Shown: positions 25,093 through 38,036, counted from the whole stretch's first letter. The stretch: 63,654 bases of DNA, filler included, from Lama guanicoe (GCA_013239625.1; 144 parts of 144 records of this genome joined end to end with filler, not necessarily neighbours in it); one strand, 5' to 3'. The notes: a model not told the origin generated them from the sequence alone. Translations and numbers: made by a program.

Positions 25093-26597
25093 NNNNNNNN
25101 NNNNNNNNNNNNNNNNNNNNNNNNNNNNNNNNNNNNTTAATTAATTAANNNNNNNNNNNNNNNNNNNNNNNNNNNNNNNNNNNNNNNNNNNNTCAAAAGC
25201 TGGCCTGTCTTCTACCTAATAAATAGTCTGGTGGTGAGGCTGTGTCTGAGATCCCAAGGAGGGCTTCGGTTCAGGCTGAGTAATATTGGCCCAGTGGAAA
25301 AGCCTTGCCTCACTGGCCACAGACAAGTCACTGGACCATTCAGATCCTTTGTTGCAGAGTTTGAATTCAAGGCTGGTGTAGATATGCAAGCAGGTGGTAG
25401 TGGGAACAGAGGCCAAAAGACAGATGGAGAAATAGTCTTGCTCTTTCTGAAAAGAGAGGTTCAAAGCATGAGAGAGTCTCCTACTGGCCATGAAGAAGCA
25501 AACTGCCATGTTGTGGAGAGGACCACGTCACAGAANNNNNNNNNNNNNNNNNNNNNNNNNNNNNNNNNNNNNNNNNNNNTTAATTAATTAANNNNNNNNN
25601 NNNNNNNNNNNNNNNNNNNNNNNNNNNNNNNNNNNTTTGTCTCAAGAAAATGAAAATTTTCTATTTGATTAAGGACACCATGGATAATGATGGAACAAAA
25701 ACAGGATAACTTACCCAAAGTCATGAGTAGTTTGTGACAACACCTGCTCAAATAAATGACTCTTATCAACTCTGATGTGAGAAGCCAGGAAGACTACAAT
25801 CACTTTTATGGGTGGAACTGGTCAAGAATGCCCTATGTAGTCTTAAAATCATGTTTAGTAGCACTATCTTTGACCTCAAACAGGTTGGTGTTTGGCATAT
25901 AGTGTTAGCTAGTGTTAGCTCATATGTTTTGTTTCTTTTTTTAAATTTCCCTTGTCTCCCATCATTTTCTTTCTCTACNNNNNNNNNNNNNNNNNNNNNN
26001 NNNNNNNNNNNNNNNNNNNNNNTTAATTAATTAANNNNNNNNNNNNNNNNNNNNNNNNNNNNNNNNNNNNNNNNNNNNGCGCCACTCGCACCATGGGCCT
26101 TACGAAGCACAGGTCGGGCAGTGAAGGGCCTGAGGCTGAGTCGGGTCATTCCCAGGACTGTGAGCGTGAGTCTGGTTCCGGGTGTGGCGCAGCAGAACGC
26201 TAAGCCACAGAGGAGGAGATGGAGGCAGCTGTCCCCTTCGGCGCTATGTAGCAAACACTCCCTGGAGTTTTAGTTGACAGACCTCCATACAAACACACAG
26301 CCGGGTGACTGAATTCTCAGATTAAAGTCATAAACGACCAGACTCTGCTACTACCCTGAAAGCCATCTGCTTGGGAGCCAAAGTGTAATGATTTAGCAAA
26401 GAGGCCCAGGAAAGACTCATTNNNNNNNNNNNNNNNNNNNNNNNNNNNNNNNNNNNNNNNNNNNNTTAATTAATTAANNNNNNNNNNNNNNNNNNNNNNN
26501 NNNNNNNNNNNNNNNNNNNNNCAAGGCAGTAAATCTATTCTTTCATATTTTTTAATTGTGGTAAAACACACACACACATGTACACACAAAACAGGGC

Positions 26598-26840
26598 ATG
26601 GTACTATAATGGTGAATTCATATCAGACATTTATTGAAATCCACCAAATGTACAAAACCAAGAGTGAATCCTAACATTAGTTCATCAACTGAAACAAATG
26701 TACCACTAGGTGCTAGATGTTGATAGTGGGGGAGGTTGGGCTTGTGTGGGGGTAGGGGGTACATGGGAACTCTCTGTAATTCCCACTCAGTTTAGCATGA
26801 ACCTAAAACTCTTCTAAAATACAAAGTCTATTAAGAAAAA
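26598..26840 (+). mobile_element. L1MC-like 3' end
   Basis: aaaccaagagtgaatcctaa ... aacaaatgtaccact ... gatgttgatagtgggggagg ... tgaacctaaaactcttctaaaa; homologous to 61535-61713. Confidence 0.8.
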
Positions 26841-27640
26841 TTGGTAGATGATATTATAGGATAANNNNNNNNNNNNNNNNNNNNNNNNNNNNNNNNNNNN
26901 NNNNNNNNTTAATTAATTAANNNNNNNNNNNNNNNNNNNNNNNNNNNNNNNNNNNNNNNNNNNNGTCTCTTCAGAGGACTGGGGTGCTGAAAATGTAGGG
27001 AACTCAGGAGGTTTCAGGTCCCCTGTATATTTTACTAGGGTTAGGAGTAGAGTAATTATTAGCGATGGAGTGGTTAGCTCTGGAAACTGAAGAACTGATA
27101 CCCTCTTTAAAAATAAACATAGCCCCTCCCCGCCCCAGTTATGCTCTCTCCACGGTCTTCACAAGTAAACATCTTGATGTGTCTGCGTCCATTGCCTTTT
27201 CTTCTTTCCATCTTATTTACGTTGGTGTATCTCCCACCGATGTTTAACTGAATATTGAATACATGAATGACCTTTCAATTAAAGCAGAGGAGGAAAAATA
27301 ATCTTATNNNNNNNNNNNNNNNNNNNNNNNNNNNNNNNNNNNNNNNNNNNNTTAATTAATTAANNNNNNNNNNNNNNNNNNNNNNNNNNNNNNNNNNNNN
27401 NNNNNNNGGCAGACAAAGAAAGGTGGGATACGGCAGGAATCTCCGGCATCTGAGTATAACCTTTTGCTCACTATGTCCTCATTACAGTAAAATCAGCTTT
27501 GCAGATAAGAAGCACGCACCACACACCAAGGCCATGACACTTCTGGTCAAGTCAAGCCTTTGATGACTGCCGCACTGGCCACCATCCTGACTACAGCCCC
27601 ATGAGAAACCGCAAGCCCGAACAGCCCAGCTGGGCCACTC

Positions 27641-27750
27641 TGTATAAGTCAGGGTTCAAACAGAGAAGCAGAACCAGAAGGAAATACACGGTTTTATTAC
27701 AAGGAACTGGCTTGTGTAATCGTGGGGGCCGGCTTAGCAGGTCATAGGGT
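27641..27750. mobile_element. MLT2-like (ERVL) LTR end
   Basis: tgtataagtcagggttcaaacagagaagcagaaccag ... ttattacaaggaactggcttgtgtaatcgtgggggc. Confidence 0.65.
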
Positions 27751-28523
27751 NNNNNNNNNNNNNNNNNNNNNNNNNNNNNNNNNNNNNNNNNNNNTTAATT
27801 AATTAANNNNNNNNNNNNNNNNNNNNNNNNNNNNNNNNNNNNNNNNNNNNGGTGAAGTGGGGGACTCCAGCCATGTGTGTGTGTTGTCAGTAGGGTGTGT
27901 GGAGACAGCTTGTTTTCAAATTGTGATGATCAAACAAATACAGAAGAGTTTATAAACATACATGAATAATGAGTACATTTTTGCACTTTGTCGGGAGAGA
28001 TCTGTCATGTTATTTGGAGCTTATTTAGACATAATAAAGTGAAACTTCCTAAAATCCCATGAAAAGACAGGGGAGATTTTTCTAAGACTTTTTACAGTAA
28101 GTTTTTACTTTATACAATTCATATTTACAACATTGCCGTCAGCTCTCTCTCGGCCTTAATTATTTATATTTATGTATTTTGTTCAGTGCTAATNNNNNNN
28201 NNNNNNNNNNNNNNNNNNNNNNNNNNNNNNNNNNNNNTTAATTAATTAANNNNNNNNNNNNNNNNNNNNNNNNNNNNNNNNNNNNNNNNNNNNCCCCTCC
28301 CTCTCAGCCAGCTCCACCTTAGTGCTGGGGCCAGGTTCCCTCCACACAGCTGGAAAGGAAATGAATCCCCTACATCTGGCCCAGGACAGATTCTCTCAGA
28401 TTGTAATGAGTTGTAAGATGAAGACTGAAGAGCTAAACCTTCTTTGATCCCACTTCTTAGAGATAACTTGGAAAAAACTCCAAGTAACATCTAAGGAAAT
28501 AATTTTAAAGTATTAAGACTATA

Positions 28524-28636
28524 GGGCGGAAGGTATAGCTCAAGTGGTAGAGCGCATGCTTAGCATGCATTAGGTCCTGAGTTCAATCCCCAGTACCTGC
28601 TCCAAAAATAAATAAACCTAATTACCACCCCCCCCC
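28524..28636 (+). mobile_element. Near full-length tRNA-Ala(AGC)-derived SINE (Vic-1 type, camelid)
   Basis: ggtatagctcaagtggtagagcgcatgcttagcatgcattaggtcctgagttcaatccccagtacc has pol III A and B boxes and an AGC anticodon loop, followed by the tail aaataaataaacctaattaccaccccc. An upstream tt/aaga L1-endonuclease-like site is present. Confidence 0.88.
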
Positions 28637-30065
28637 NNNNNNNNNNNNNNNNNNNNNNNNNNNNNNNNNNNNNNNNNNNNTTAATTAATTAANNNNNNNN
28701 NNNNNNNNNNNNNNNNNNNNNNNNNNNNNNNNNNNNTTAATTTCCAAGTGATGCGGGTCCAACAGACCATCTAAGATATTTTGTAGCATTTTTTTTTCCC
28801 CACATCGGAGGAGAAAGCGAATTTAGACCCACACATCATGGAACCCTGTGCTCCAGCTACGGCACCAAACACCAGCCAGACCAGGCACAGGTCTTGCCCA
28901 AGATGCATGAGCTTTGCCTGCAAACTCGGGCTCACTCCATCCTGGCTGCTTTCACTCGCTCCTCTCCGCTTCGGCCCCCATCACAGTGGGGGAACCCGGG
29001 CACCGCTGTCAGCTAGACTTTTCTCCAGATATGTGCACAGGAGTGGCATTGCTGGGTCACAGGGTAAGTCTATTTTTAGNNNNNNNNNNNNNNNNNNNNN
29101 NNNNNNNNNNNNNNNNNNNNNNNTTAATTAATTAANNNNNNNNNNNNNNNNNNNNNNNNNNNNNNNNNNNNNNNNNNNNGTGTACTGCCATCAACCATGA
29201 CATGTGAAAATGGGCAGAGGTATTAATGGCAATTATTAGAATTGAGTAATATGTAATGAACTAATAAAATAATAGTATATATAATAGTATATGCTAATAT
29301 ATATAACTATGTATATAAATAATATATTTAATTATATGTAACATAGTAAATATACATATATAATATATAAGAAATATATATATACACACACACACAAATA
29401 CAGTCCCTGTCTCAATAAGTGGTAATGAGTATAATTACCCTACCTTTCTATCATCATGACCAGCAGTATAAAAACAGCAGTGAAATATATTGTTGAGGTA
29501 TCACTTAGATACCTCACTTAGTNNNNNNNNNNNNNNNNNNNNNNNNNNNNNNNNNNNNNNNNNNNNTTAATTAATTAANNNNNNNNNNNNNNNNNNNNNN
29601 NNNNNNNNNNNNNNNNNNNNNNATAATTCACAATACAACTCTACTTGGTCCAAAACCTGCTTATTAAAAATCTGCTTTGGGAAAGAAGGAGAGTAAATGA
29701 TACAATCCCCCATGGAATGATCTCTGTTATGCCTAATTTTGACGGCTGGAAAATAGAATTAGATTCCTGTTCCCAATTCAGCTTGCAGTGCTTCTCGGCC
29801 CTGCACGAATAAGGAAGATGCAAGAATGTCTCCTCCCGGGCTCTGAGCTGCATTTCCCTTCAGTCCCTCATTTCTTCATCCTTTGATTTTTAATCCTCTT
29901 TGCCCTTGAACTTCTCCTGCTCTGCCCCACCTTCCTTCCCCCTGGTGGGTGGGGCCAGAGTCACTNNNNNNNNNNNNNNNNNNNNNNNNNNNNNNNNNNN
30001 NNNNNNNNNTTAATTAATTAANNNNNNNNNNNNNNNNNNNNNNNNNNNNNNNNNNNNNNNNNNNN

Positions 30066-30408
30066 AAAAAATGTATATACCTTAATTAAAAGTACTGTAT
30101 TGCTAACCTGTGTTAACCACCATCTGATCCTTCAGCGAGTCAATTTTTGTGTTGGTAGAGGGTCTTGACTCGATGTTGATGGCTTCCGACTGATGAGGGT
30201 GGTGGTTACTGACAGCTGGGATGACCAGCCATTTCTTAAAATAGACAACAATGAAGTTTGCTTCACTGACTTGATTCTTTCTTCCATGAAGGATTTCAAT
30301 GTAGCCTGCAATGCTGTTTGATAGCATTTTTCCCACAACAGAACTTCTTTTAAACTTGGAGTTAGTCCTCTCAAACTCTGTTACTGTTCTATCAACCAAG
30401 TTTCTGTG
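30066..30408 (-). mobile_element. Tigger1 transposase C-terminal region, frameshifted
   Basis: Two overlapping minus-strand ORFs give FERTNSKFKRSSVVGKMLSNSIAGY and TTTLISRKPSTSSQDP, matching the recalled Tigger1 C-terminus. Confidence 0.9.
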
Positions 30409-31394
30409 NNNNNNNNNNNNNNNNNNNNNNNNNNNNNNNNNNNNNNNNNNNNTTAATTAATTAANNNNNNNNNNNNNNNNNNNNNNNNNNNNNNNNNNNN
30501 NNNNNNNNAAGGAGAGTGAGATGCCCTGTTCTGGCCGAGTGCAGGCCCTGCTTTGAAGTGCCACTTGATGCGTGTGGGTCTGCTGAGGTCTCGGATCCTG
30601 GGGGCGGGGGTGGGGGTGGCAGGGATGGTGAGGGCGTGCAGACTAGGGGGACCGCCAGGGCTGTGCTCCCGGCTCTAGGACGGTGGGCCCAGTCCCGCAT
30701 TCCCTGTCCCTCTTGTCCTGGCCCAGGTGGAGCAGGGGGGCATTAGGACCCAGAGGCCAGCGCGGCTCCTGACAAGTCTAGAGCAGCACTAGCGCAGAGT
30801 GAGACTCATCAGCTGGCAGCAGGACTCCTGTGTCTGGGTTCAGGAATCCTCNNNNNNNNNNNNNNNNNNNNNNNNNNNNNNNNNNNNNNNNNNNNTTAAT
30901 TAATTAANNNNNNNNNNNNNNNNNNNNNNNNNNNNNNNNNNNNNNNNNNNNAAAAAAAAACTAAAACAAATTTAGATCAAATAACGAAAGTAAAAAAAGG
31001 AGTAAAGGAGATTCCAGGTTTACAGTGAGACTGTCGGGTGGTCTGGGACTAAAATCCCGACTTTTGATATTACAGTGGTTGATAAACCCAATGACTATTG
31101 TTTCCTTAAAAACAGAACAACACTCCGTAATCCCATCCTCTGCTTATCTTGTCATGTTCCATAAAAGGTAAGATTTCTCCTCATGTGGAAAACCTGGATT
31201 CTAAAAGAGTTGAGCTCCATGAAAGCACTGACTGAGCCCTTGTACGTAAATCATTGCACTAATTGCACTGAGAGATACAGAAGGAGGGTGTATANNNNNN
31301 NNNNNNNNNNNNNNNNNNNNNNNNNNNNNNNNNNNNNNTTAATTAATTAANNNNNNNNNNNNNNNNNNNNNNNNNNNNNNNNNNNNNNNNNNNN

Positions 31395-31640
31395 TACAAG
31401 ATATTGAATATAGTTCCCTGTGCTGTACAGTAGGACCTTGTTTCTCTACTCTGTACTTAGGAGTTTGTATGTGCCAACCCCAAACTCAATTTCTCCCTCT
31501 TTCCCATCTTGATATCAGGGTGATGCTGGCCTCATAGAGAGGAGTTTGGAAGTGTTCCTTTCTCTTCAATATTTAGGAATAGTTTGAGAAGGATCGGTAT
31601 TAACTCTTCTTCAAATGCTCTGTAGAATACAGTTGTAGAG
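31395..31640 (-). mobile_element. L1 3' UTR piece fused to an L1 ORF2 piece
   Basis: tacaagatattgaatatagttccctgtgctgtacagtagg, then gatatcagggtgatgctggcctcatag ... ggaatagtttgagaaggatcggtattaactcttct. Confidence 0.8.
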
Positions 31641-31861
31641 CCTACCCAGTTTTTAAAGGAAAGAACTATTTGTGTGTAAACTTGGAGGTGCAAACCATTT
31701 ATTTACTAGGAGAATTGTCCTTCAGTGCCTTTAGTNNNNNNNNNNNNNNNNNNNNNNNNNNNNNNNNNNNNNNNNNNNNTTAATTAATTAANNNNNNNNN
31801 NNNNNNNNNNNNNNNNNNNNNNNNNNNNNNNNNNNTTCCTATTACCAACTTCTACAATAAG

Positions 31862-32023
31862 AAGTTGGCAGTCTACAACCCAGAAGAGGGCTCACCAGAA
31901 CCCAACCATGCTGGCACCTTGATCTCAGACTTGCAGCCTTCAGAACTGCAGGAAATGGATTTCTGTCGTTTATAAGCCAAGCAGTCTGAGGTGCTTTGTT
32001 ACAGCGGCCCAAACTCAAAGACA
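31862..32023 (+). mobile_element. MaLR LTR 3' half (MLT1A/MST-like)
   Basis: ctcaccagaacccaaccatgctggcaccttgatctcagacttgcagccttcagaactg ... tttgttacagcggccc ... aagaca. Confidence 0.85.
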
Positions 32024-32278
32024 GAAAAGTGTCTACTGACTTGGTGGTGGGTAGGTAACAGGCAGTTCTGAGGAGTAGTTAGGGCAGAAGGGAGAGTACT
32101 GTGAGTTGAGGAAAGAATAAAAAGGGAAAATGGTGTACAGATTCCTTCTTCAAGAAGCTTGCTTGTAAAGGATAAACTNNNNNNNNNNNNNNNNNNNNNN
32201 NNNNNNNNNNNNNNNNNNNNNNTTAATTAATTAANNNNNNNNNNNNNNNNNNNNNNNNNNNNNNNNNNNNNNNNNNNN

Positions 32279-32621
32279 CTAAGTTGTCCAGTTTATTGCC
32301 ATATAGTTGTTCATAGTATTCTCTTATAATTTTTTTGTATTTCTGTGGTGTTGTTTGTAATCTCTCCATTTTAATTTTTATTTTGTTTATTTGTGTGCTC
32401 TCTTCTTCTTGGTAAGCCTAGCCAAAGGTTTGTCAATTTTGCTTACACTTTCAAAAAACCAGCTCTTGGTGTGATCGATTTTTTTTCTATTTTTTTTAAA
32501 TCTCTGTTTTATTTATTTCCTCCCTGATCTTTATTATTCTTTTCCTTCTGCTGACTTTGTATTTTGTTTTCCCTTCTTTTTCTAATTCTTTTAGGTAGTA
32601 GGTTAGGTTGTTTATTTGAGA
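32279..32621 (-). mobile_element. LINE-1 ORF2 fragment
   Basis: aaaggtttgtcaattttgcttacactttcaaaaaaccagctcttgg, ctgatctttattattctttccttctgctgactttg. Confidence 0.9.
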
Positions 32622-32892
32622 NNNNNNNNNNNNNNNNNNNNNNNNNNNNNNNNNNNNNNNNNNNNTTAATTAATTAANNNNNNNNNNNNNNNNNNNNNNN
32701 NNNNNNNNNNNNNNNNNNNNNAAAAAAAAGCACCAAATGCTGTTCCCATAGAATAGAGAGAGAACCCTTAAGAGTGAATAGATCATAACATAAAATGGGT
32801 CTATGGGAGGGAGGGAGACAGAAATATGTTCATCATAAAATGCATGAGTTCAGAATTCCTTCCTTCTTCTGTCTATATAACTTGGAGTATAG

Positions 32893-33064
32893 GACCTCAA
32901 GGTTATCCAGGAGAAGTGGGACCAAGAGGGCTACTTGGAGCTATAGAGAAGTGCCCATCACCATCAGAGTCTGCCTTTTCCATAAAGTTGAGTGAACCCC
33001 TCCTGAAGCCCCTCAAACCCATTATTTTCAAGGAAGCCTGTATAATCAGCAGGATCACTTTAAT
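32893..33064 (+). pseudogene. HP-25-like (hibernation-associated plasma protein, collagen + C1q domain) exon with a 1-bp frameshift
   Basis: Phase-1 acceptor tatag|ga, then GPQGYPGEVGPRGLLGAIEKCPSPSESAFSIKLSEPLLKPLKPIIFKEA. After a missing base (gcc-tg-tat, 33036-33043) homology resumes as YNQQDHFN. Recalled HP-25: GDVEKCSSRPKSAFAVKLSERPPEPFQPIVFKEALYNQEGHFN. Confidence 0.82.
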
Positions 33065-34050
33065 NNNNNNNNNNNNNNNNNNNNNNNNNNNNNNNNNNNN
33101 NNNNNNNNTTAATTAATTAANNNNNNNNNNNNNNNNNNNNNNNNNNNNNNNNNNNNNNNNNNNNTCTTCCCGACCCACCCCAGGCAAAGGAGGCTGGCCG
33201 CTGTACAACAGCAGCAGCTACTGGCAATGGGGTACCTCCAGGAAAGGAGTGTGACTGCTCAGGCATCCGGACAAGGCAGCCCCCTTCAGCAGAGGAAGAT
33301 TCTCCAGAAGAGGATAGAAATGTGAGAGTCATTAGCCGCCAACATCCCAGTAGGTAACAGACAAGGACATCCTTTTGATAAGAGGGAGTCAGGCAGAGAA
33401 CTACCACCACCTGTCACAATAATGGACCGCTGAAATAGCCTGGGGAGAGTGAGCTCACGCAATGGAACACACTGGGCCTGTTAGTGAAGCTCACGGGTAG
33501 CTAGAGCNNNNNNNNNNNNNNNNNNNNNNNNNNNNNNNNNNNNNNNNNNNNTTAATTAATTAANNNNNNNNNNNNNNNNNNNNNNNNNNNNNNNNNNNNN
33601 NNNNNNNAATCATGACCTTTTAAAATGTCAATCTGTTGCTTCAACCCAGAAACAGACACCCGCTTTGGCTGGGACATTCAGGAAAATCCACCCAGACCTT
33701 CCCCAAGGTGTCCCAGGTGCCTGCTCTACCCACTTCATGAGAACTTGCAGGAGTTATTTCTCAGCACCCACCACAAGGGTAAACACTCTGCAAATATTTA
33801 GTAACTGGGTATGAAATGATTAGGAATACAAAAACATGTAAAACTGTGGCTGCCACTCAAAGTACATATGTTACATAGCTGCTGCTAAAAGTAAGCCCCC
33901 GGTTTCATTGACAGCACAGTACATTTACTTCTCACTCATGTAGCTGTGGANNNNNNNNNNNNNNNNNNNNNNNNNNNNNNNNNNNNNNNNNNNNTTAATT
34001 AATTAANNNNNNNNNNNNNNNNNNNNNNNNNNNNNNNNNNNNNNNNNNNN

Positions 34051-34393
34051 AAAAAACTATCCTTTTCCCACTGAGTTGCCTTTGAACCTTGTAAAAAACC
34101 AGTTATCCATGGTACCTGTGGGTCCTTTTCTGGGCTGTTTTGTTCCATTGATCCTATTTGTCTGTTGTGAGGCCAATACCACACTATCCTGATTACTATA
34201 GTTTATAGTAACTCTTGAAATCAAGAATGTTGGCCCTCCAACTTTGTTCTTCTTTTTCAAAGTTCTTTTGTCTATCCTAGATTCTACAAAAAGCCTGCTG
34301 AGATTTTGATTGGAATCACATCAAATCTTTTAGAGATTAGGCATCTTCACAATACTGAATCTTCTGACCAATGATCAGGTGTTCTATTTATTT
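34051..34393 (-). mobile_element. L1M ORF2 fragment
   Basis: Minus-strand ORF pieces KKKNKVGGPT and WYW..NRQI are degenerate L1 ORF2 motifs. Confidence 0.85.
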
Positions 34394-35822
34394 NNNNNNN
34401 NNNNNNNNNNNNNNNNNNNNNNNNNNNNNNNNNNNNNTTAATTAATTAANNNNNNNNNNNNNNNNNNNNNNNNNNNNNNNNNNNNNNNNNNNNAAATCAC
34501 TCAGCATTTTTCAGTAATTGGGTATTTTCCATTAAATAGTCACACAAAGCAGTAAAAATCTGTATGGAACATGTAATGTTGTCCGAAGGGGATTTAGAAT
34601 AGTAGAATTTCCCCTTAAGATAAATAGTCTTGATTCAGGCAGCATCTTTCAGCCTCAGATTACAGAGTTCTTAACTGTTTAATTGACTTTTTTTTCCCCT
34701 CTGCTGACATTTCTTATTGCTATAAGCAAGATGCCTTTGACAAGATGCCTTCTCCACCATTTCCTCAGGAGTAGCAACTCTGTTCCTTGTGGAAATACAT
34801 TCTTCCCCCAGTACTTAACAACTAATATTTCCATTANNNNNNNNNNNNNNNNNNNNNNNNNNNNNNNNNNNNNNNNNNNNTTAATTAATTAANNNNNNNN
34901 NNNNNNNNNNNNNNNNNNNNNNNNNNNNNNNNNNNNCATATTAAAGATGCATCAAAATATTTGTTGAAGTTTATTGAAATGGGTCTGCTAGGGATGCGAA
35001 CAGCACCGACATCACTCTCCAATCTAAGAGAGCACTCTTCTCATTCCCAGCTGTGCTGGCTCTTCACCCAGCCAGTGACGCCCCCATCACTGCAGAGGCG
35101 TTTGCCATTGGTTCGGTGATGGCACCACAACACCAGAATAGGGCTAACATTTTATTCTCATGTTCCGTACAAAAGGCTCTCCTATTTCGAAGTGGAATAA
35201 GTTTCCCAATATGATCTCTTCGGAAGAGGGAAATTTCTAGGAGAAAAATAAAGCTGGGAGGAGTTTGCTTCTGCTCCGGNNNNNNNNNNNNNNNNNNNNN
35301 NNNNNNNNNNNNNNNNNNNNNNNTTAATTAATTAANNNNNNNNNNNNNNNNNNNNNNNNNNNNNNNNNNNNNNNNNNNNGAGATCTATGTATTCCCAGAC
35401 AAGCCCTGAATGTGAAGATACAAATACCTTTATTAAAACATGACTTTAACATTGTAATTTTAAATTTGCTGTGTTTAAACAACCATTAGAAGCTCTGATT
35501 TATTAACAGAGGAGTAAGCATGATAAAGTTTGTCTCTTTGATTGTAATTGCCTTTGTAGGATCTAGGTTATATTTTCCTCTGGAAACAAAAATGAAATTT
35601 GGTAATAATTTACATTTTTAATGTATATAAGATACATTATTCAGATGTCAAATTTTAGAATGAATTTCCCTTATGTAGATAAATCTCACTGCCTGGGAGA
35701 TTTCTTAAGATACGTAAAAAAANNNNNNNNNNNNNNNNNNNNNNNNNNNNNNNNNNNNNNNNNNNNTTAATTAATTAANNNNNNNNNNNNNNNNNNNNNN
35801 NNNNNNNNNNNNNNNNNNNNNN

Positions 35823-36164
35823 GCTAATCTCAAATTCCTAATTTATCCCTCCCTTTCCCCTTTGGTAACCATCAGTTTCTTTTCTATGTCTGTGAGTCCA
35901 TTTGTTTTGTCAATAAGTTCATTTGTATCTTTTTTTTAGATTCCACATATAAGTGGTAAGTCTTTGTCTGAATTACTTCACTTAGTATGATAATCACTAG
36001 GTCCATCCATGTGGCTGCAAGTAGCATTATTTCATTCTTTTATATGGCTGAGTAATATTCCATTATCTATAATATATACACACACACCACATGTTCTTTA
36101 TCCATTCATCTGTCCATGGACATTTAGGTTGCTTCCATGTCTTGCAAATAGTTCTGCTGTGAAC
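35823..36164 (-). mobile_element. L1 3' UTR fragment
   Basis: cccctttggtaaccat, tagattccacatataagtg, ttacttcacttagtatgataatc, ttatccattcatctgtccatggacatttaggttgcttccatg. Confidence 0.9.
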
Positions 36165-36264
36165 NNNNNNNNNNNNNNNNNNNNNNNNNNNNNNNNNNNN
36201 NNNNNNNNTTAATTAATTAANNNNNNNNNNNNNNNNNNNNNNNNNNNNNNNNNNNNNNNNNNNN

Positions 36265-36450
36265 GGATAAAAATCATAAAAGAGAACCAAACAGAAATTC
36301 TGGAGCTATAGGATCCAATGACTAGGAAGGAAAATGCAACAGAGCATCAACAGCAGAGTAGATCAAATGTAAGATAAAGTAAGTGGCCTGGAGGACAGGA
36401 ACTCCGAAACAACCCAATCGGAGGAGAACAAAAAAGAAAGAATGAACAAG
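36265..36450 (+). mobile_element. L1 ORF1 coiled-coil fragment
   Basis: aaagagaaccaaacagaaattctggagct ... catcaacagcagagtagatcaa ... ccaatcggaggagaacaaaaaagaaagaatgaa. Confidence 0.75.
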
Positions 36451-38036
36451 GGCAGCAAGACCGTCTCACACACACCAGCCCAAACGTCCTTCCAGTGGGT
36501 CCCTCCAGCTCACAGCACCCAGATCTTCTTTTCTTTAAACACCTCTGTTGTGGTGTGGTTCCTGTACAGTAAACTACACGTATTTCAGGTGTACAATTTG
36601 ATGAATTNNNNNNNNNNNNNNNNNNNNNNNNNNNNNNNNNNNNNNNNNNNNTTAATTAATTAANNNNNNNNNNNNNNNNNNNNNNNNNNNNNNNNNNNNN
36701 NNNNNNNGTGGTGTTGTCTAGGCATTCAGAGAACAAGTAGCATCGTCATTCTCTGATCATTTTGGTCCTGGAAACAAATCGGTTGGATAATTTTCTTACC
36801 AGTTAGTGCAGGTTTCTTCCAGTGATGCCGATGACAACGTCCCAACTTCTTCCAGAAGAAGAAAAGCTCTTGATTAAGAAGAGCTTTTATTAATGTATTA
36901 AAATTAACAGAGATTTTGTTCTTCCAATTCCTTGGACCTTGCAGTCAGACATGAAACGAGAAGAGAAGTTCCCAATAACTATGGCGTGATAGGGCACATT
37001 TTCCCGTTCCATTTTGCATGTGTCTCTATAAACGTGTAAGGAAAGGATAGNNNNNNNNNNNNNNNNNNNNNNNNNNNNNNNNNNNNNNNNNNNNTTAATT
37101 AATTAANNNNNNNNNNNNNNNNNNNNNNNNNNNNNNNNNNNNNNNNNNNNCGCTGTTTCTTTCACTTTGAATCCTTGTTTTGGCCCAAGGGGAAAATAAC
37201 TATTTGAAATGACAAGTTTTGTTTTCACTCAACAATGAGACCTGAAATCTGAGTCACGCCTCCTATTCAAGTCATTTCAGTCTCTTAGCCAGCGATATCA
37301 CAGACCTCTGCTTCCTGCTGTTTTAGTCACACACCCTCTTGACAATCAGGCTTTCAAGGTAAACCCAGCTGATCTCATCATAAACCTGCCCTTTTGAGCG
37401 AACAGCACTTCACTGAAAATAAAACAGAGCCAACTGGCTGGGGAATAACGTGGAGGATTAAGTGGTAAGGGTGCTTGGGAGCCAAGCTTTGCTNNNNNNN
37501 NNNNNNNNNNNNNNNNNNNNNNNNNNNNNNNNNNNNNTTAATTAATTAANNNNNNNNNNNNNNNNNNNNNNNNNNNNNNNNNNNNNNNNNNNNTTGTTAC
37601 ATTAAGATTTCTGAAAAGAATACACTTCAAAGAAAAAAGAATTGTTGCTAGAAGTTAACAAACCAGAAAGCACAGAGCACAAATGACACTTCACTGTTTA
37701 ACAGACTAGCATCAACCCAGTGCTGAGACACAACTGCTCCCAGGGCTGCCACATGTCACCACTGGGAAGAGTGTACTCACAGGAGAGCGCACTTCACAGC
37801 GACTGCACCCAAACATGCACAGCTTGAAGCAGGATCTTGACAAGCTTTCCAGAAGCCAGTCTAACTATGACTTCTAGTAAATAAGCTTCTCACTTTTTAA
37901 AAAACAGCTTTATTGAGATATAATTCACACATTTCCNNNNNNNNNNNNNNNNNNNNNNNNNNNNNNNNNNNNNNNNNNNNTTAATTAATTAANNNNNNNN
38001 NNNNNNNNNNNNNNNNNNNNNNNNNNNNNNNNNNNN

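Noticed and set aside
26093..26165. Kozak-context ATG (gcaccATGG) followed by a gtgagt donor
   Set aside because: Peptide MGLTKHRSGSEGPEAESGHSQDCE is unrecognised, and such motif pairs arise by chance.
28530..28602. tRNA-Ala(AGC) gene
   Set aside because: Acceptor and T stems are mismatched, and it continues into a SINE tail shared with two other copies.
31116..31167. 52-nt segment bounded by acag and gtaaga splice-like sites
   Set aside because: Only one open frame with no recognisable product; unsupported without transcripts.
36862..36888. 10-bp inverted repeat aaaagctctt/aagagctttt resembling a terminator hairpin
   Set aside because: AT-rich, near chance expectation, and intrinsic terminators are not relevant in mammalian DNA.
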